From: Catajapyx aquilonaris
Taxonomy: Eukaryota
Reading direction: 5' to 3'
Length of the DNA stretch: 47,149 bases
NCBI GenBank assembly: GCA_000934665.2
Contig: KZ538168.1
Coordinates: 62,001 to 109,149, forward strand
In this document: positions 11,001-23,200 of the stretch, in pieces
Layout: each line of letters begins with the position of its first letter
Position numbering within the stretch: position 1 is the stretch's first letter
The notes under the pieces: model-generated
What the model was told of the DNA's origin: nothing
Databases searched by the model: none
The model's input: the letters and a program-made list of their open reading frames with translations, nothing else
Translations under genes and position numbers: made by a program

Positions 11001-14000
11001 ACAATCCATGTATTAGCCATCCAGTGGTGGAATTTTCATCTGATTCCAAGGAGTGTTTGAATTCAAGCCCTGACTTCCGTGGATTCCAATCACTTGATGA
11101 AAAAAAGCAGAAACTAGAAGCCTTGCATGAAATGATGAAGATGGAAAGCTACACCACATCAGTGTGTGCATATGATGAGATACCTGTATTAGCTGCCACC
11201 TCCTTGGCCATTGCCAATACCTCATGTTTACCCAGCCTAGCCAATGAACTGCCAGTCTCCAGTGTGCCATGTAAAACCTGCAGCACACTGACAAACGTCA
11301 CCAATGCTTCACAAATCTCTCCCTGTGCTGCTAGCTTACCCAGCAATGTAAATGCTTCCACTGAACTGAACAATGTCAGTGAGACAAGTGTACCCAGCAA
11401 TGTCATGAAGAGTGGTTCATCGTATCTCCCAAATAAGGACTCTTCTCTCAAAAATGTGAGTATGACCAGCTCCCCTGTAAGTGCCTGTGACAATAGTTCC
11501 TCCAGAAATGTCAGTGCTTCCAATTCACTCAAGAATGGCTGTGACACCAGTTCTCAGCCCAACAGCAATGCTACAGAATCATCTGGTGATTGTCCACTTA
11601 TCAATCCACTACTTATCCCCTGGTCATTTAGCCCTTCCATTGACATTTGCTCATTCAGAGCTGCCAATATCTCTGGTTCACTCTGCAATATCGGAGACAT
11701 TAGCTCACACCACAATGGCATTTCAATAGATTCATCTTGCAGCACTAATGGTGACCCTTTACAAAACAGTATCCTCTTCTCACCCATACAGAGTGTGACT
11801 ACCAATTCTTCCAACAACTCCAGCACCAACTGGCCACTCAATAATTCCTGTGCCAACTACTCACCCTGTGATACCAGTGCCCTTCACTCACCTAATATTG
11901 CTCCTTCATTCTGTTCATCTGTTGCCAGCCATGAAACTAGTTCCCCACACACCTTCATCACTGGTGTAGTTCCAGGCAAAAAATGGCGTCGTTCCTTGGC
12001 ATTTATAACAGATCGCAAGAAGCGTCAATGCTCAAATCTCAGCATTCTGCATGAGTCTGATTTATCATTTGAAGATAATGAATCACCAGAGAGGCATTTT
12101 CTTAAGATGTGTGGGCAGACAGCTCCTAACAGTATTGGGCACCACTTCAGTGTTAACCGTCTTGCAGGTGCTGAAAAATTAGGAGAAGGTGTATATGGGG
12201 AAGTGTTTCGTATTGGAAACACAGTGGTGAAGTTAATTCCAGTGGAGGGTGAAGTTACGTTTAATGATGAGACACAGAAGAAGATTAAGGATGTGTTAGT
12301 TGAAGTGCAAATCTGCCAAGCATTGTCTAATCTGGCCAAAGCAAAGGATAATCACCTCACAGATGGTTACGTGAAACTTCAGGGATGCCGTCTTTTGAAG
12401 GGTCGCTTTCCAAAAGGATTACTGACCTTGTGGGATAAGTTTGACCAAGAGAAAAAGTCAGAGAATGACCGGCCATGCCATTTCCCACCAAGTCAGTTGT
12501 TTGTGTGCATGGAGTTTGATCCTGCTGGATGTGATTTGGAGAAGTTCCAATTACAAAGCTCAGCACAAGCTGTGTCCATCTTCTGGCAGGTAAGTTCTGA
12601 ATTTCATATAGCTAGAACAGTGCTTCCCAAACTTTTTTTGTTTTGTACCCCTTTTCAAATATGTCAAGACAGTCACACCGGTCCTGTTACCTAATAATAG
12701 TAATTGTGGGCAGCTAGTGTGATGGGCAAGTTTTCTTTCTTTCACACAATATTTGGGTTGGGACAAGTGGCGTCAATTTAAGCCTGCGATCTTTCTCAAC
12801 ACAGAGCCGATCTTATTTTGTTTTCATGGACGTTAATGCCAAAAAACTTGCTTCACATAAATAGGTAGTAGTACACATGGTATTAAATACTTCAGAGCAC
12901 ATGTTGCTAGGCTGGATAGTCTTCAATTTTTTCCATCCAAGAAATCACAATTGTTTTTGGCACAAATTCAAACAAACTTCCATTCGTGAAAAGTTCGATG
13001 ATCATTTCTGATCCTGCACTGACATGTGCAAAGTGGTAAAGAAATCTCAAATGGATTTCTGATCCAATTGACTGACATGTCCAATTGTCCATCTCGGGAA
13101 AATATTATACCTAAACATTACTGTTACACCAATTGATTCATGTGCTCCAATACTAGTATGTTGGCATTGAACACTTCATCAGTGGGGCTTAACGTCAGCC
13201 TATTTCTCCTGCCAGGCTCAACACCGACGCCAGGGGGTGGTCCTCCTCCTGGAAATTTGGCCACTTTGGGGATCTTTAACATGCACTCGCGCAATGTCAC
13301 AAGCACACGGGACCGATGGCGTGACTTCCCCTCCGAAGGAAGGCGCACTCTCACTTTTCTACCACCTGGAGAAAAGTCACTGACCTTGGCCGGGTTTGAA
13401 CCCACAACTTGGGAACTAGAGGCGAGCGCGATAAGTCCCTAACCACCAGTCCGCCGGCACCGGCGGCATTGAACACTGACCTTCACTGCCCCTCTGCAGT
13501 TGATTTGAAATTTCTGAGTTAACACTGTCATGTTGCTTCTTGAGTTTCAATGCGCGTGCTGAATGAAAACAGCATCAGTCAAATTCCTCTGCTCCATATG
13601 ATAAATCTTCACTAAAATAATAATAGGAAGAAGAAAAAAATGGGAATGATTAGGACATTTTTGTGTGTTTTTCTCATAAATGGGTCGAAATCGGTTCACA
13701 ACACTTAGGCCCTTTTAGTAACAACTGATTCAATTATTTTCCTAGCAGTCCCCCATGAAAACGCCCATGAATCGAGAAACTTCCACCACTATACTACTGC
13801 AAACAACATTCAGGCCACACCTGAGCAAGGTTCCATATACTGATGACTGATACACTAGAATGGGAATAAGACTTCTGCACCTGCCGGGAGACGTAATTCT
13901 ACTTTGAAGTTCCACAGTGGTGCATATTGACCCTACATGGAACTTGAAGTAATTTCTTCATTTCTAGTCAGACCGCCGATATTTCCACTTGATTATGTTC

Positions 14001-15937
14001 CATTAATCCTTCTCGTCCTGGTCCCAAGTGTTATAATTATCGCGAATCGGGATAAGGGTTCTTACCAAATTTAGAAAGTGGACGCCATTGCCCAAAATCT
14101 TTCGTGTACCCAATTCTTTCTTTTTTCGTGATTTTTGAATGATTCGCTTTTGGCATTCTCTAGTGCACACCTACACTTCTCTGTATAAGTTCCTCACTTG
14201 ATAAAAACAAAACACAAAATTTCACATCATTTCAAGGATGATTGTAAGTACCATAGTGTGTCACCAATTGGAAGGGTGTGTAGTGTGTTACAATTAATGT
14301 CTGTTTCAGTGAGTAATTTTGAATTCATTTTCCGATTTATTACAAGGAGAATACTTTTGCATGTTAGTGTATCATGTTATTTGTTAATTTTAGGTTTGTT
14401 TTGTTGATATTGACAGGAAGCATCCCTTCAGGCCCTCAATTTCAATTTCATTCATTCTCTGTGCATGTAGAGTTGCCAACACATGATAGGTTGTCCTCTG
14501 CAGGGACAGAAATTGAGTGAAATCTGCCTGTGGCAGACCTGAAAAAGTGGAGACTTGTCTACTGTAGAGAATCTTGTGCTCTTGGTAGCAAGTTATGATA
14601 TTTTTTTTGCATTTTTGTGGAAACATAGCACTTTTGGTTCCATCAGTAATAAAAGCCAAGTTAGCAGAATTAATACGGAAGTTCTGGAACTCACCATCAA
14701 GGTGCGTTTACATGTGAGTGATTTGATCGTGCGACGTCATTGCCAAGCGATGAATCCAATTGTTTGGGGCAAAAATCGTTTGTTACCATGATTGTTACTT
14801 TCATCCCAAACAATTGGATTCATCGCTCGGCGATGACGTCGCGCGATCAAATCGCTCACATGTAAACACACCTTTAAGTAGGCTACTGATGCTTTCTTAC
14901 ATATCCCATACTGGAGTGCACGTGGATAGGATTATTATAGGTTGTGTCCTGTGTATGAGCCTGCATAGGTCACATTCACATTAACAAATTCATGCCCTGC
15001 AACAAGACAGATGTCCTTCTCGATGTGTTTGAAAATATTTCATTACCGACGAGTGAAGACTGTAGTCTTAGTGTAATGGCCGGACAATTGCTTGAACCGA
15101 CTCAGGGACTATATCGACTAATGACATTCACCATAGCTTCAATATGTGAAAGTTATGCTTCTGTCGTTAAAACTCTGAAAAGATAAAAAATCTTTTACCT
15201 TAATTTCCCGACACTCCTCGTACTGTGTTAAATTTAAGTCCATCTTATGTCATCACAAATTATTGTGTTTGAAAAGAGGTGGTAGGTAGTGGTAGGTCAA
15301 CAATCCTTGAATACAAAATTTCTCACATAATTCAGGAATAAAACTTCATTTTACTATGCATATCCTTGAAATCTGCAAATTCATGAAAATAACGATTGTG
15401 ACATTCTGGCAGGTTGCGTGCAGTCTGGCTGTAGCGGAAGTGAAATTCAAGTTTGAGCATCGAGACCTCCACTGGGGTAACATACTGGTAGCCAAAACAT
15501 CTTCACAATATTTGGAGGCACAGATTGAAGACCAGAAGTGGATCCTTCACACGCATGGTGCAAAGGCAACAGTAATTGATTACACTTTCTCTAGAGCTTC
15601 ATTAGAGACAGGAGTAGTATATTGCGACCTTTCAAATGATCCAACCCTCTTTGAAGCCACAGGTGATCCCCAATTTCAAGTGTATAGGGACATGCGGGAA
15701 GAGAATGACAACAAATGGCAACCATTCCACTCCTTCACAAATGTGTTGTGGCTCGAATATCTGCTGGACAAGTTAACATGCCAAGTCAGATACTGTTTTG
15801 GTGCCAAACCTGAGGAGGGTGACCTCAAAAAGATGAAAGCCTTACACCAGCGAGTCCAACGATACAACAGTGCCACTGAGTTGGTTCAGTGTGAAGCTTC
15901 AGAATACTTGGAGGGCTCATCTTTTACAGATGGTTAG
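8036..15937 (+). CDS. HASPIN: Haspin serine/threonine kinase (histone H3T3 kinase), about 1008 aa; exons 8036-8157, 10210-12589, 15413-15937
   Basis: Kinase motifs LGEGVYGEVF, VVKLIP, KSENDRP, FEHRDLHWGNILV, Haspin-specific DYT (VIDYTFSR), GDPQFQVYRDM and TNVLWLEYL. The N-terminal exon MHRRVVHTYGQ resembles the Haspin RTYG motif. Intron phases 2 and 0 join cleanly. AATAAA lies at 16041. Confidence 0.92.
8441..8812. mobile_element. Degraded MITE with about 40-bp internal inverted repeats (Tigger-like ends)
   Basis: AATTGAGGAGCTCAGAGGAAGAACGGCATATCCCAACCG (about 8473-8511) is inverted at about 8691-8731. Ends are caataggttgctct / agaggacctactg-TA. Confidence 0.5.
12618..13160 (-). mobile_element. 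Decayed hAT (Charlie/Buster-type) transposon 3' end with transposase pseudogene fragment
   Basis: With frameshifts and stops, the minus strand encodes NWIRNPF (about 13049-13069) and EDYP-LATCALKYLIP-TTTYLCEASFLALTSMKTK*DRLCVEKDRRLKLT...CPSH* (stop at 12714), the hAT dimerisation region. The terminus CAGTGCTTCCCAAACT is at 12618, preceded by agctagaa. Confidence 0.85.
13176..13464 (-). mobile_element. tRNA-derived SINE with Deu/Nin-like central domain, full length, 13-bp TSD
   Basis: TSD GGCATTGAACACT at 13163-13175 and 13465-13477; B box GGTTCAAACCC; core GGAGGGGAAGTCACGCCATCGGTCCCGTGT...GCATGTTAAAGATCCC. Confidence 0.88.
14700..14873. mobile_element. PIF/Harbinger-like hairpin MITE
   Basis: About 70-bp imperfect TIRs, AGGTGCGTTTACATGTGAG... 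/ ...CTCACATGTAAACACACCT; 3-bp flanks TCA/TTA. Confidence 0.8.
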
Positions 15938-17251
15938 AGCCTGGCAGGCAAATGATGATAAATTTTAATACCTTTTACACACTGTATGCACCTTTTAAAA
16001 ACTATCCTCTCCGTATATTTTTGGGATTTCAGTTTATAATAATAAAAGATGTTTACTGTCACCATTCACAATTTGTAATACTTGAATGAGATGAGTGTTT
16101 ATTGATGACTGGAGGTGTTTTAATTACTATTCCTGCGAATATCCTCTACAAATTTACAAAACATACTCAAATATCTCCGAAAATGACGTAACCTGCAGGG
16201 AATAAGACTGTGTTGTTGGTGATGGTGTCTCTGAATGCTCCAGAGTCACCTAATCATGAGGGTAACTCTGGAATATTTTGTATCATCCTTGTCCTGTGCA
16301 GTCTTGTAAATAATAAAAAGTTACCTTATGTTGACAAGGTTGGCATTGCAGTGTAGTGGTCAAGACCAGGGCCTTCCACCGCAGAGGTCCCACAATAACT
16401 AGAGCAGGTGGTGGATTCATGCAGATCTACTCTCCAAAACCTTTCAATGTAATGGTCAATGCCACTTTTCCTTGCTCCCCTGCCTCCCAGCTTCATGGCA
16501 TTAGTTACCTGGCTCCCCTAATCAAACCACACACAAATGATGTCAGTGATGGTATGACACTTCCTAGTTCCACACCACTATAGTATTGCTGCCTACTTGC
16601 AATATGTGAAAAGCATTTCAGTATCATTTTCTTTTACGTATGTGTACTAGCATGGTCGACTGTTGATCAGTTTCACTATTCAGGCACATGTAATAATACT
16701 GCATTAGGTGCAGTTGCAATGACAAAGGCATTACTTTGGCTCTCACACTATATGGTTGAGTCAGCCACTCATGGCATTGTGACCAAATCTTAAGCATCCC
16801 TGGCTTTTAGCATAAAACAGATCTTTATATTGGATATTATAACTTTTTTTGAACGTTTTGCCTTGATTATTTCACATTAGATTTCTGGAAGTGAAATGCC
16901 CATATCTGCTGGCAGTGAGGGATGACTGGAAGAGGATATGAAGGTGCATTATCTCATTTTGTGCGTTCCCTTGGATGGTTAATCAAATGGAAATACCATT
17001 GCCAACAGAGCCTGATGTGACCCAATTCTACATGAAATGGAAAGAAGATAAGCCCAGGCTTGGGATGAAGCCAAAGACTCGTCTAGCGGTAAGCATGATG
17101 TTGCCGCAGAGCCACTGTGCTGCCGTCACATGTAATACACCTAAATGATGCTGAGGCAGCCAGTATCTGTAAATTAGGTTCTAAAAATTTTACAAAATTC
17201 AGATAGTGGGTTCTCCAAAACATTTATTCTCGTCTCCAATGTACATGTTGA

Positions 17252-20200
17252 CTAATTTACCTTATTAAAGTACTCTTGACTCTCCTTGGGAGTGGGCTTG
17301 ATTGTTGGTGACTCTGGCTGCCAATTAGCCGGGCAAACTGGAATTATTAAAATTACACAGGTTCAATAGAATACTGCACCCACCCACACTACATATTTTA
17401 CTTATACTAGTTGCATGGGTCTCTGCCACACCTCCAGTAGTTAGGAACCTCAAGAATGGGCCAAGCCCATAGTATTTTCTAGCAGGAGCTGGATTCACAA
17501 ATGGGTGCAAATAAAATGTGCAGCCTAGATTGGTTGCATGTTGTTGTTGTCACTATGTTGCTTTCAAAAACTTGCACTTTTTTGTGCAGCCCTGTTTTTT
17601 TACTTGGCATATACGTACAGTTGCATCAGGATATAACAGACTTCAAGTGACTGTGGAAATCAGTCTGTTATAGCCGAGTACACAGGCCATGTATGGAACT
17701 GTATGTGAATTAGCACCAACTCGGGCTAGGACTATGGTCAGCCAGCATCAATAATGGGATTGGCAACCTCCACACTTTCACTGCATGCATCCATGCAAGC
17801 ATTTCTAAATCCTACTTCATATGGATTAGCTGGCCCAAAAAGTGGCAATGAGGGAGTTAATTGGCCTTGAAAAATGATGATTAAAACATGAAAGTAGCTT
17901 CGAAATCAACTTTGTTACAATCAACAGATGCCAGCAAAACCTTGATCTCAAAGATGTCCCTCTTGGGATATGAAACCTTGCCTGAATAACAATAAGTGCA
18001 TGTATGGGCAGGAAGTCAGGCTGTTATTTCTGTAAGTGTGGCGTTCCATATTATACCTTAGGCAACTGTAGAAAGAGTTTCAAAGATAGGGTGAGTTGTG
18101 TGTTGACCTCTCTTTGTGTATGTAATGTCAATTCAGTCTTACTTCCCAAGTTCTAATTGGGCCTGTAGTCAACTTTCTCCCTGACCAGGCTTGGTTGAGA
18201 GCATTTGAAAGTGGCAGGCAAAGAAGAGTTTGATGGAATGATTAGGAGATTCCGCATCATGAGGTTGAGCCTTGGTGGCCAGGTATAGCAGGACCTCACA
18301 GGGATGCGTATGAGGGACACTCCATGAAAAGCAGGATGAGGATCTGATATTGGAATTGAGTTGTGCTTTGTTACATATACAGGTTGCATTTGACCCTGGG
18401 TTCAACCATGACTCACTCTCAACCTTGGGGTACTCAGCCCTGTGAATTTAGCAGTCATTGTGAATAGGTGTCTTAGTAAACTAGCAAATCTCAGAACCTG
18501 TGCCACTATATCATATGGCTGCATGATTTCCTGACCAGCCTACTTCACCACCAGTTGTAACAATATATTTGAAGTTGTACCTTGTGAAGGTAGGTGTTCA
18601 CATGTTGTTACTAAATTCCATTTTTTCATCTAAGATGTTACTGCTAGGTGATTAAAATGGTGCACCATTTTGTGGAACGAAAATATTTTGACAGCTTTTC
18701 TGAGGAAAACAATCTCTTTTGAATTCTTTTGCTTCATAAAATTCTTGTGAGGCACAGCTTATTCTTTACAGAAATTTTCAAATCCCACTTAGAACCCTAC
18801 TGTTCCTTCTTGAACAACCTCAATTTTAATGTAGACCTACGAGTCCATCACAAGAAAACCTCGTAACAATACTTGATTGAAAAAAACAGTTTACCTTCAC
18901 CATGCTTCTCCACAAATTGAAATGCTTTAATGAGACGAAGCACTTCTTCCACTGATCTCCCGACAGGAAGGTCATTGACAGTGATCTGCCTTAAAATTCC
19001 TTCCTTGTCAATAATGAACAAGCCCCTCAGTGCAACCCCAGGTTCCTCTAGCAGGACTCCATAACTGCGGCTGATATCCTTCTTGAAGTCAGCCAGAAGG
19101 GGGTAGTTCAGTCCCCCCAAGCCACCAGCCTGTGAGGAAAAATTACAACTTTAAACTTACTTCTCAATGTGACCACTAGAGCATGAAATTTAGGGAGATA
19201 AACTAATTTCCAGAAATAATAACATGCATAAACCAATAGTTGTTATAAAACCAGGTCTACATGGGCCTATGCCAGTATCATTCCACATTTAAAAAAATCA
19301 CCTACACTATCCTACCTTGTATCCCCAAGTTCAGATGCCAAAACTAGGAAATAGTCTGTGGTTACCCCAATTTTCAAAATTCCCTACTTCAATACTCCAA
19401 CAATTTGTCAATTTCCCATGAATACTGTGTAAGATGATTGTGATGGTAAGGTCAGGGGTGACCAGCTTTTGGAAATTTCCATCTGATGGTTATACCGGGG
19501 ATGCCAGTATAGAGTGGGTTGTGCGTATATGAAGTGGGATTCTATGTACATTTTACTTGTGAAGGACACGTCAATTGAAACCTATAAATTATTCCAAGGG
19601 AACAAACTAGGGAGATTAGAGCCCTACCCTGTTCGCCCATCAGACAGTGGCTATTCATGATAGCTTTATGCTCTTGTAAATCCTTTCACAATTTTTTGAC
19701 AAAACACAACCTGTCCCACACTGTCTAATCAAGGTTCAATTATTCTTAATAAGCATGATTTACATTTATACTTCACTTATAACCTGAAATTCATTTTTCC
19801 CATCCCCAGAAGGCATTTATAGACTTTCCATAGCAGCTGAAATTAAAAGAGGATAATTATTAACCCTTTCATTCCTGAATTTTTTGGGCCGTTTCTTCTC
19901 TTTTCGAAAAAAATTTGTAGTAGGAGTGATATAATGAAAAACAATGTTCTTCAATATTTATCATTTTTACTCGTGGTGGTCCTTTGGAATGTAAAAATGC
20001 CGAAAACATTCCCCTACTGGGTGTTCCAGAAAAAAAATTTAAATGCAATTAACTTTAAATGCAATTAAACTAATTTAAATTTTTAAAATCACTATAAAAT
20101 TGTTACGATGGTTGCAAAATAATACTAAAACACTGCACTATGAGAAATTCCTAAGAGTCCAGACACCCTGTAATTACGCGGCCGGGTGGGGGGTTGTTTA

Positions 20201-23200
20201 CCTTTCAAGGGCGCGAGCAAAATATAACAATCCGACTTTGTGGGTGCTGAGTCACCATCCACTAGATGCCACAAGAAGTTTGACCCACAAAGTTTGCCTT
20301 CTGCATGCGAACGCTTTGCCGCCAGATTAATTGTTGCCATATGGCTACAGTGGGAATGAAAGGGTTAACTAATAATTTTCATAAAAAGGAGGAATCACGA
20401 AAATTATTACTCTTCTTTATACTAACTGGCTGGCTCCCCCACTGGTATGCTGGTCACTCCTTATTTATACTGGCATGCTCCCTTACGCATGACAACGCAG
20501 CATTAAATATGCAGTGGATGTATGCCAACAAAGCAAATGTTACAAAAAGCATGCACAGAAGTCTATAACCTTCCGTGGAGTGTTGATCCATGCCAAGTGG
20601 CTGAAGTGGGAATCTGTAGAAATTCCTATGACCTCTGCTCCAATGTCTTGAAATTCTTTCATTCGGTCCGAAAATGCAATGAGTTCAGTTGGGCAGACAA
20701 ACGTACTACAAAACAGATTTGAAAGGTTAGTAGTATACTATTGATAGAGGTAGCTTACAGTTACATCAAACATTTTCAAATTTCTCAAAATAAACACTTA
20801 CAAATCCAGGGGGTAGAAGAGGAGAACCAAATATTTCCCTCGGAAGTCAGAAAGCTTAATATCCTTGAAATCACCATTAACAACTGCCATCCCTCGGAAC
20901 TCAGGTGCTGGACGCTGAACATGGGCCATGTTAGATTTTGGAGATGAGGCATCTAATAGCGAGTAAGTGTATTATTAAAATCCAAATTACTTCCTAAGCA
21001 ACCTTAGTAACCACAACCAGGAACCAGGAAAATCCATAAACCTGCCCGTGGAATCTGAGAAACATGCTGATTAATATTAAAGTTAATAGCATAGTAAAAC
21101 CCAATCCTGCTTTAGATGTAATAAAATAAGTGGCACCCATATGTCTGTGTAAAGTTGGATAATTTATGGGGGTAACCTCATCCTGTCATTCCATAATGCA
21201 CTGAACAAGAAACCTTGATTTCCATACACAGTGAGCGAAAAATTAGCAGCAATCCCACTGTAAGCATCCATCCCCTTTGTAACAGTTCACTGCACTTTGT
21301 AGCAGTTATACTCACCTCCAAGTACTTTAACATTAAAATTTAATCATGTAATTTATGTCACCTCAAACTCTGCACGTCATAATGCCTAGATTTTCCTTTA
21401 TTGCCTTAGGCTGGCATTCCTTCTTGATACACTTGCAAGTGAATCTTTCAACTCCAGCTGAAATAAATATCTTCTTCAGGCTTATTATTATGGTAATTCA
21501 CTTAAAATGTGGCCAAATATTTTGCTTCAGTAAAATACTTTCATTCGTAGAAATTAAACCAGCAAAATTATACTGCATGTAAATGCCTTAGTAGTTTTTC
21601 TATATCCCTGTAAAACAACCTTAAATAAAACTTGATGTCTTTGGCAGCACATTTTCTTAATGGTTATAATTATCATTTAATTACACCATATTTGATTTAA
21701 TTTTGAAGTCAGCCTCCATTTGGACAAAGATTGGTGGCAGTTGACAACACTGCAAGAGAAGTTATTTCACGCATATCACTGTTATCAAACAAGATATTCC
21801 TCAGTTACAAAGTTCATGTGTACAAAGTTATGGTTGCTGGTCTTTTGAAAACACATCCAGGAGAGTTGTAATCAGCCCCTGGACACTCCCCCTATCATCA
21901 GATCCTATCGCCTGACAGGGCGTTTTGCGGGAGGTGCTCACTTGAGAGCGCCTTTCCGAATCTCTATACACACGTGGTGACCCTACCGGACAGCGCTGAA
22001 CTTAGGAAGGCGGGAAGCGTCGGTCAAAATTAAGAATCTCATACTCTGATCGTATGAGATTCTTAATTTTGACCGACGCCCCGTCAGGCAATAATAGGTA
22101 GTGACCAGACCTTAGTATTTGTAAGGCCATGGTTGTAATTAAGCCTACTAAGAGTGTATAAGAGTTTCAAACTATGACCACACTTATTCACAATATTATG
22201 TTAACAATCCTCAATGAGTCTAGTGCAGGGATATTCAACTGGCGGACCGCGGTTCGGATCCGGACCGCGACAATATACAGGACAGTTTGAAATAGCATTA
22301 TAAATTACTAATCCATGATGAAGAAGTGCTAACAATTTCATCAAATACACCTCCACTAGAAATCTCCCACATTCACCTAAGCTCGTGTGACCTTGAACTC
22401 CCCAAAAAATTTCGCCTGCGGCGGGCTCGTTCCCCACCCTTTACGGCTTGTTCACCTTGTGCTTACGAAATGCCCCCCCCTCCTAANCCCCCCCCCCCCC
22501 TCCGAAATTCATCTGCATGTACAGGACATCGTAAGGGGCGAAAATGTCTTAATTAATATGCCCTGTCTTCATAAGCCCTTCTGCCCTCGCTGCACATATT
22601 TCTATTTTCGAAGTGGTACCTTCCGGACCTTCAATGGTCCAGGAAATGTAAATACTGGACCTTGTCATAAACTAGTTGAATACCCCTGGTCTAGTGGTTG
22701 TTGTTAATTAAATTAATGCTATTAAGCATTCTGCCTAGACCTTCCTTCCTGCTACAGTTGCAATGTACCTAAACATTCCTAATAAGTGCATTTGTCATGG
22801 AAAGAAATAACATACATCAACCACAAAATTAACCCCTCTGGCAATGAACCAGATGTGTCTATCTTTTACTGTACGTCTACGAGAATGCATTAGCTCAAAG
22901 GCCAATGCAGTAAAACGAAAATGTCACTGTAAACACCTTTTGGCTTAAAGAAATCAGTAAATACAGTGGCACATGACAGTTGCATGCTGATTCTGGCATA
23001 ACTGTATCAAGTCTTGACAATCCCTTTATCTCGAGCAACATGCTAGCAACCTTTAGAAATTTGCTATGACAACAATACTGCTCTGCCAAAAGGTACAGAT
23101 ACCGTATTAATTAGAACCAGCCTCTCCTAAATGACCAAAGTTATTTAATAATTTCACCCATTACTCCTATGTTCTTTGGGAAGGCTCTCGCATCAGATGG

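Noticed and set aside
12590..12694. Read-through tail of the 806-aa ORF (VSSEFHIARTV...)
   Set aside because: Intronic. The kinase catalytic loop lies in the exon at 15413, reached through the CAG|GTAAGT donor at 12589.
13680..14160. CpG-richer segment in the Haspin intron with a broken minus-strand frame (MPKANHSKITKKERIG...)
   Set aside because: Multiple stops and no identifiable motif or termini; probably TE debris but not assignable.
18130..18450. Two 78-aa minus-strand ORFs in the last Prx3 intron
   Set aside because: Not needed for the Prx3 frame and no clear homology; at most a decayed LINE fragment.
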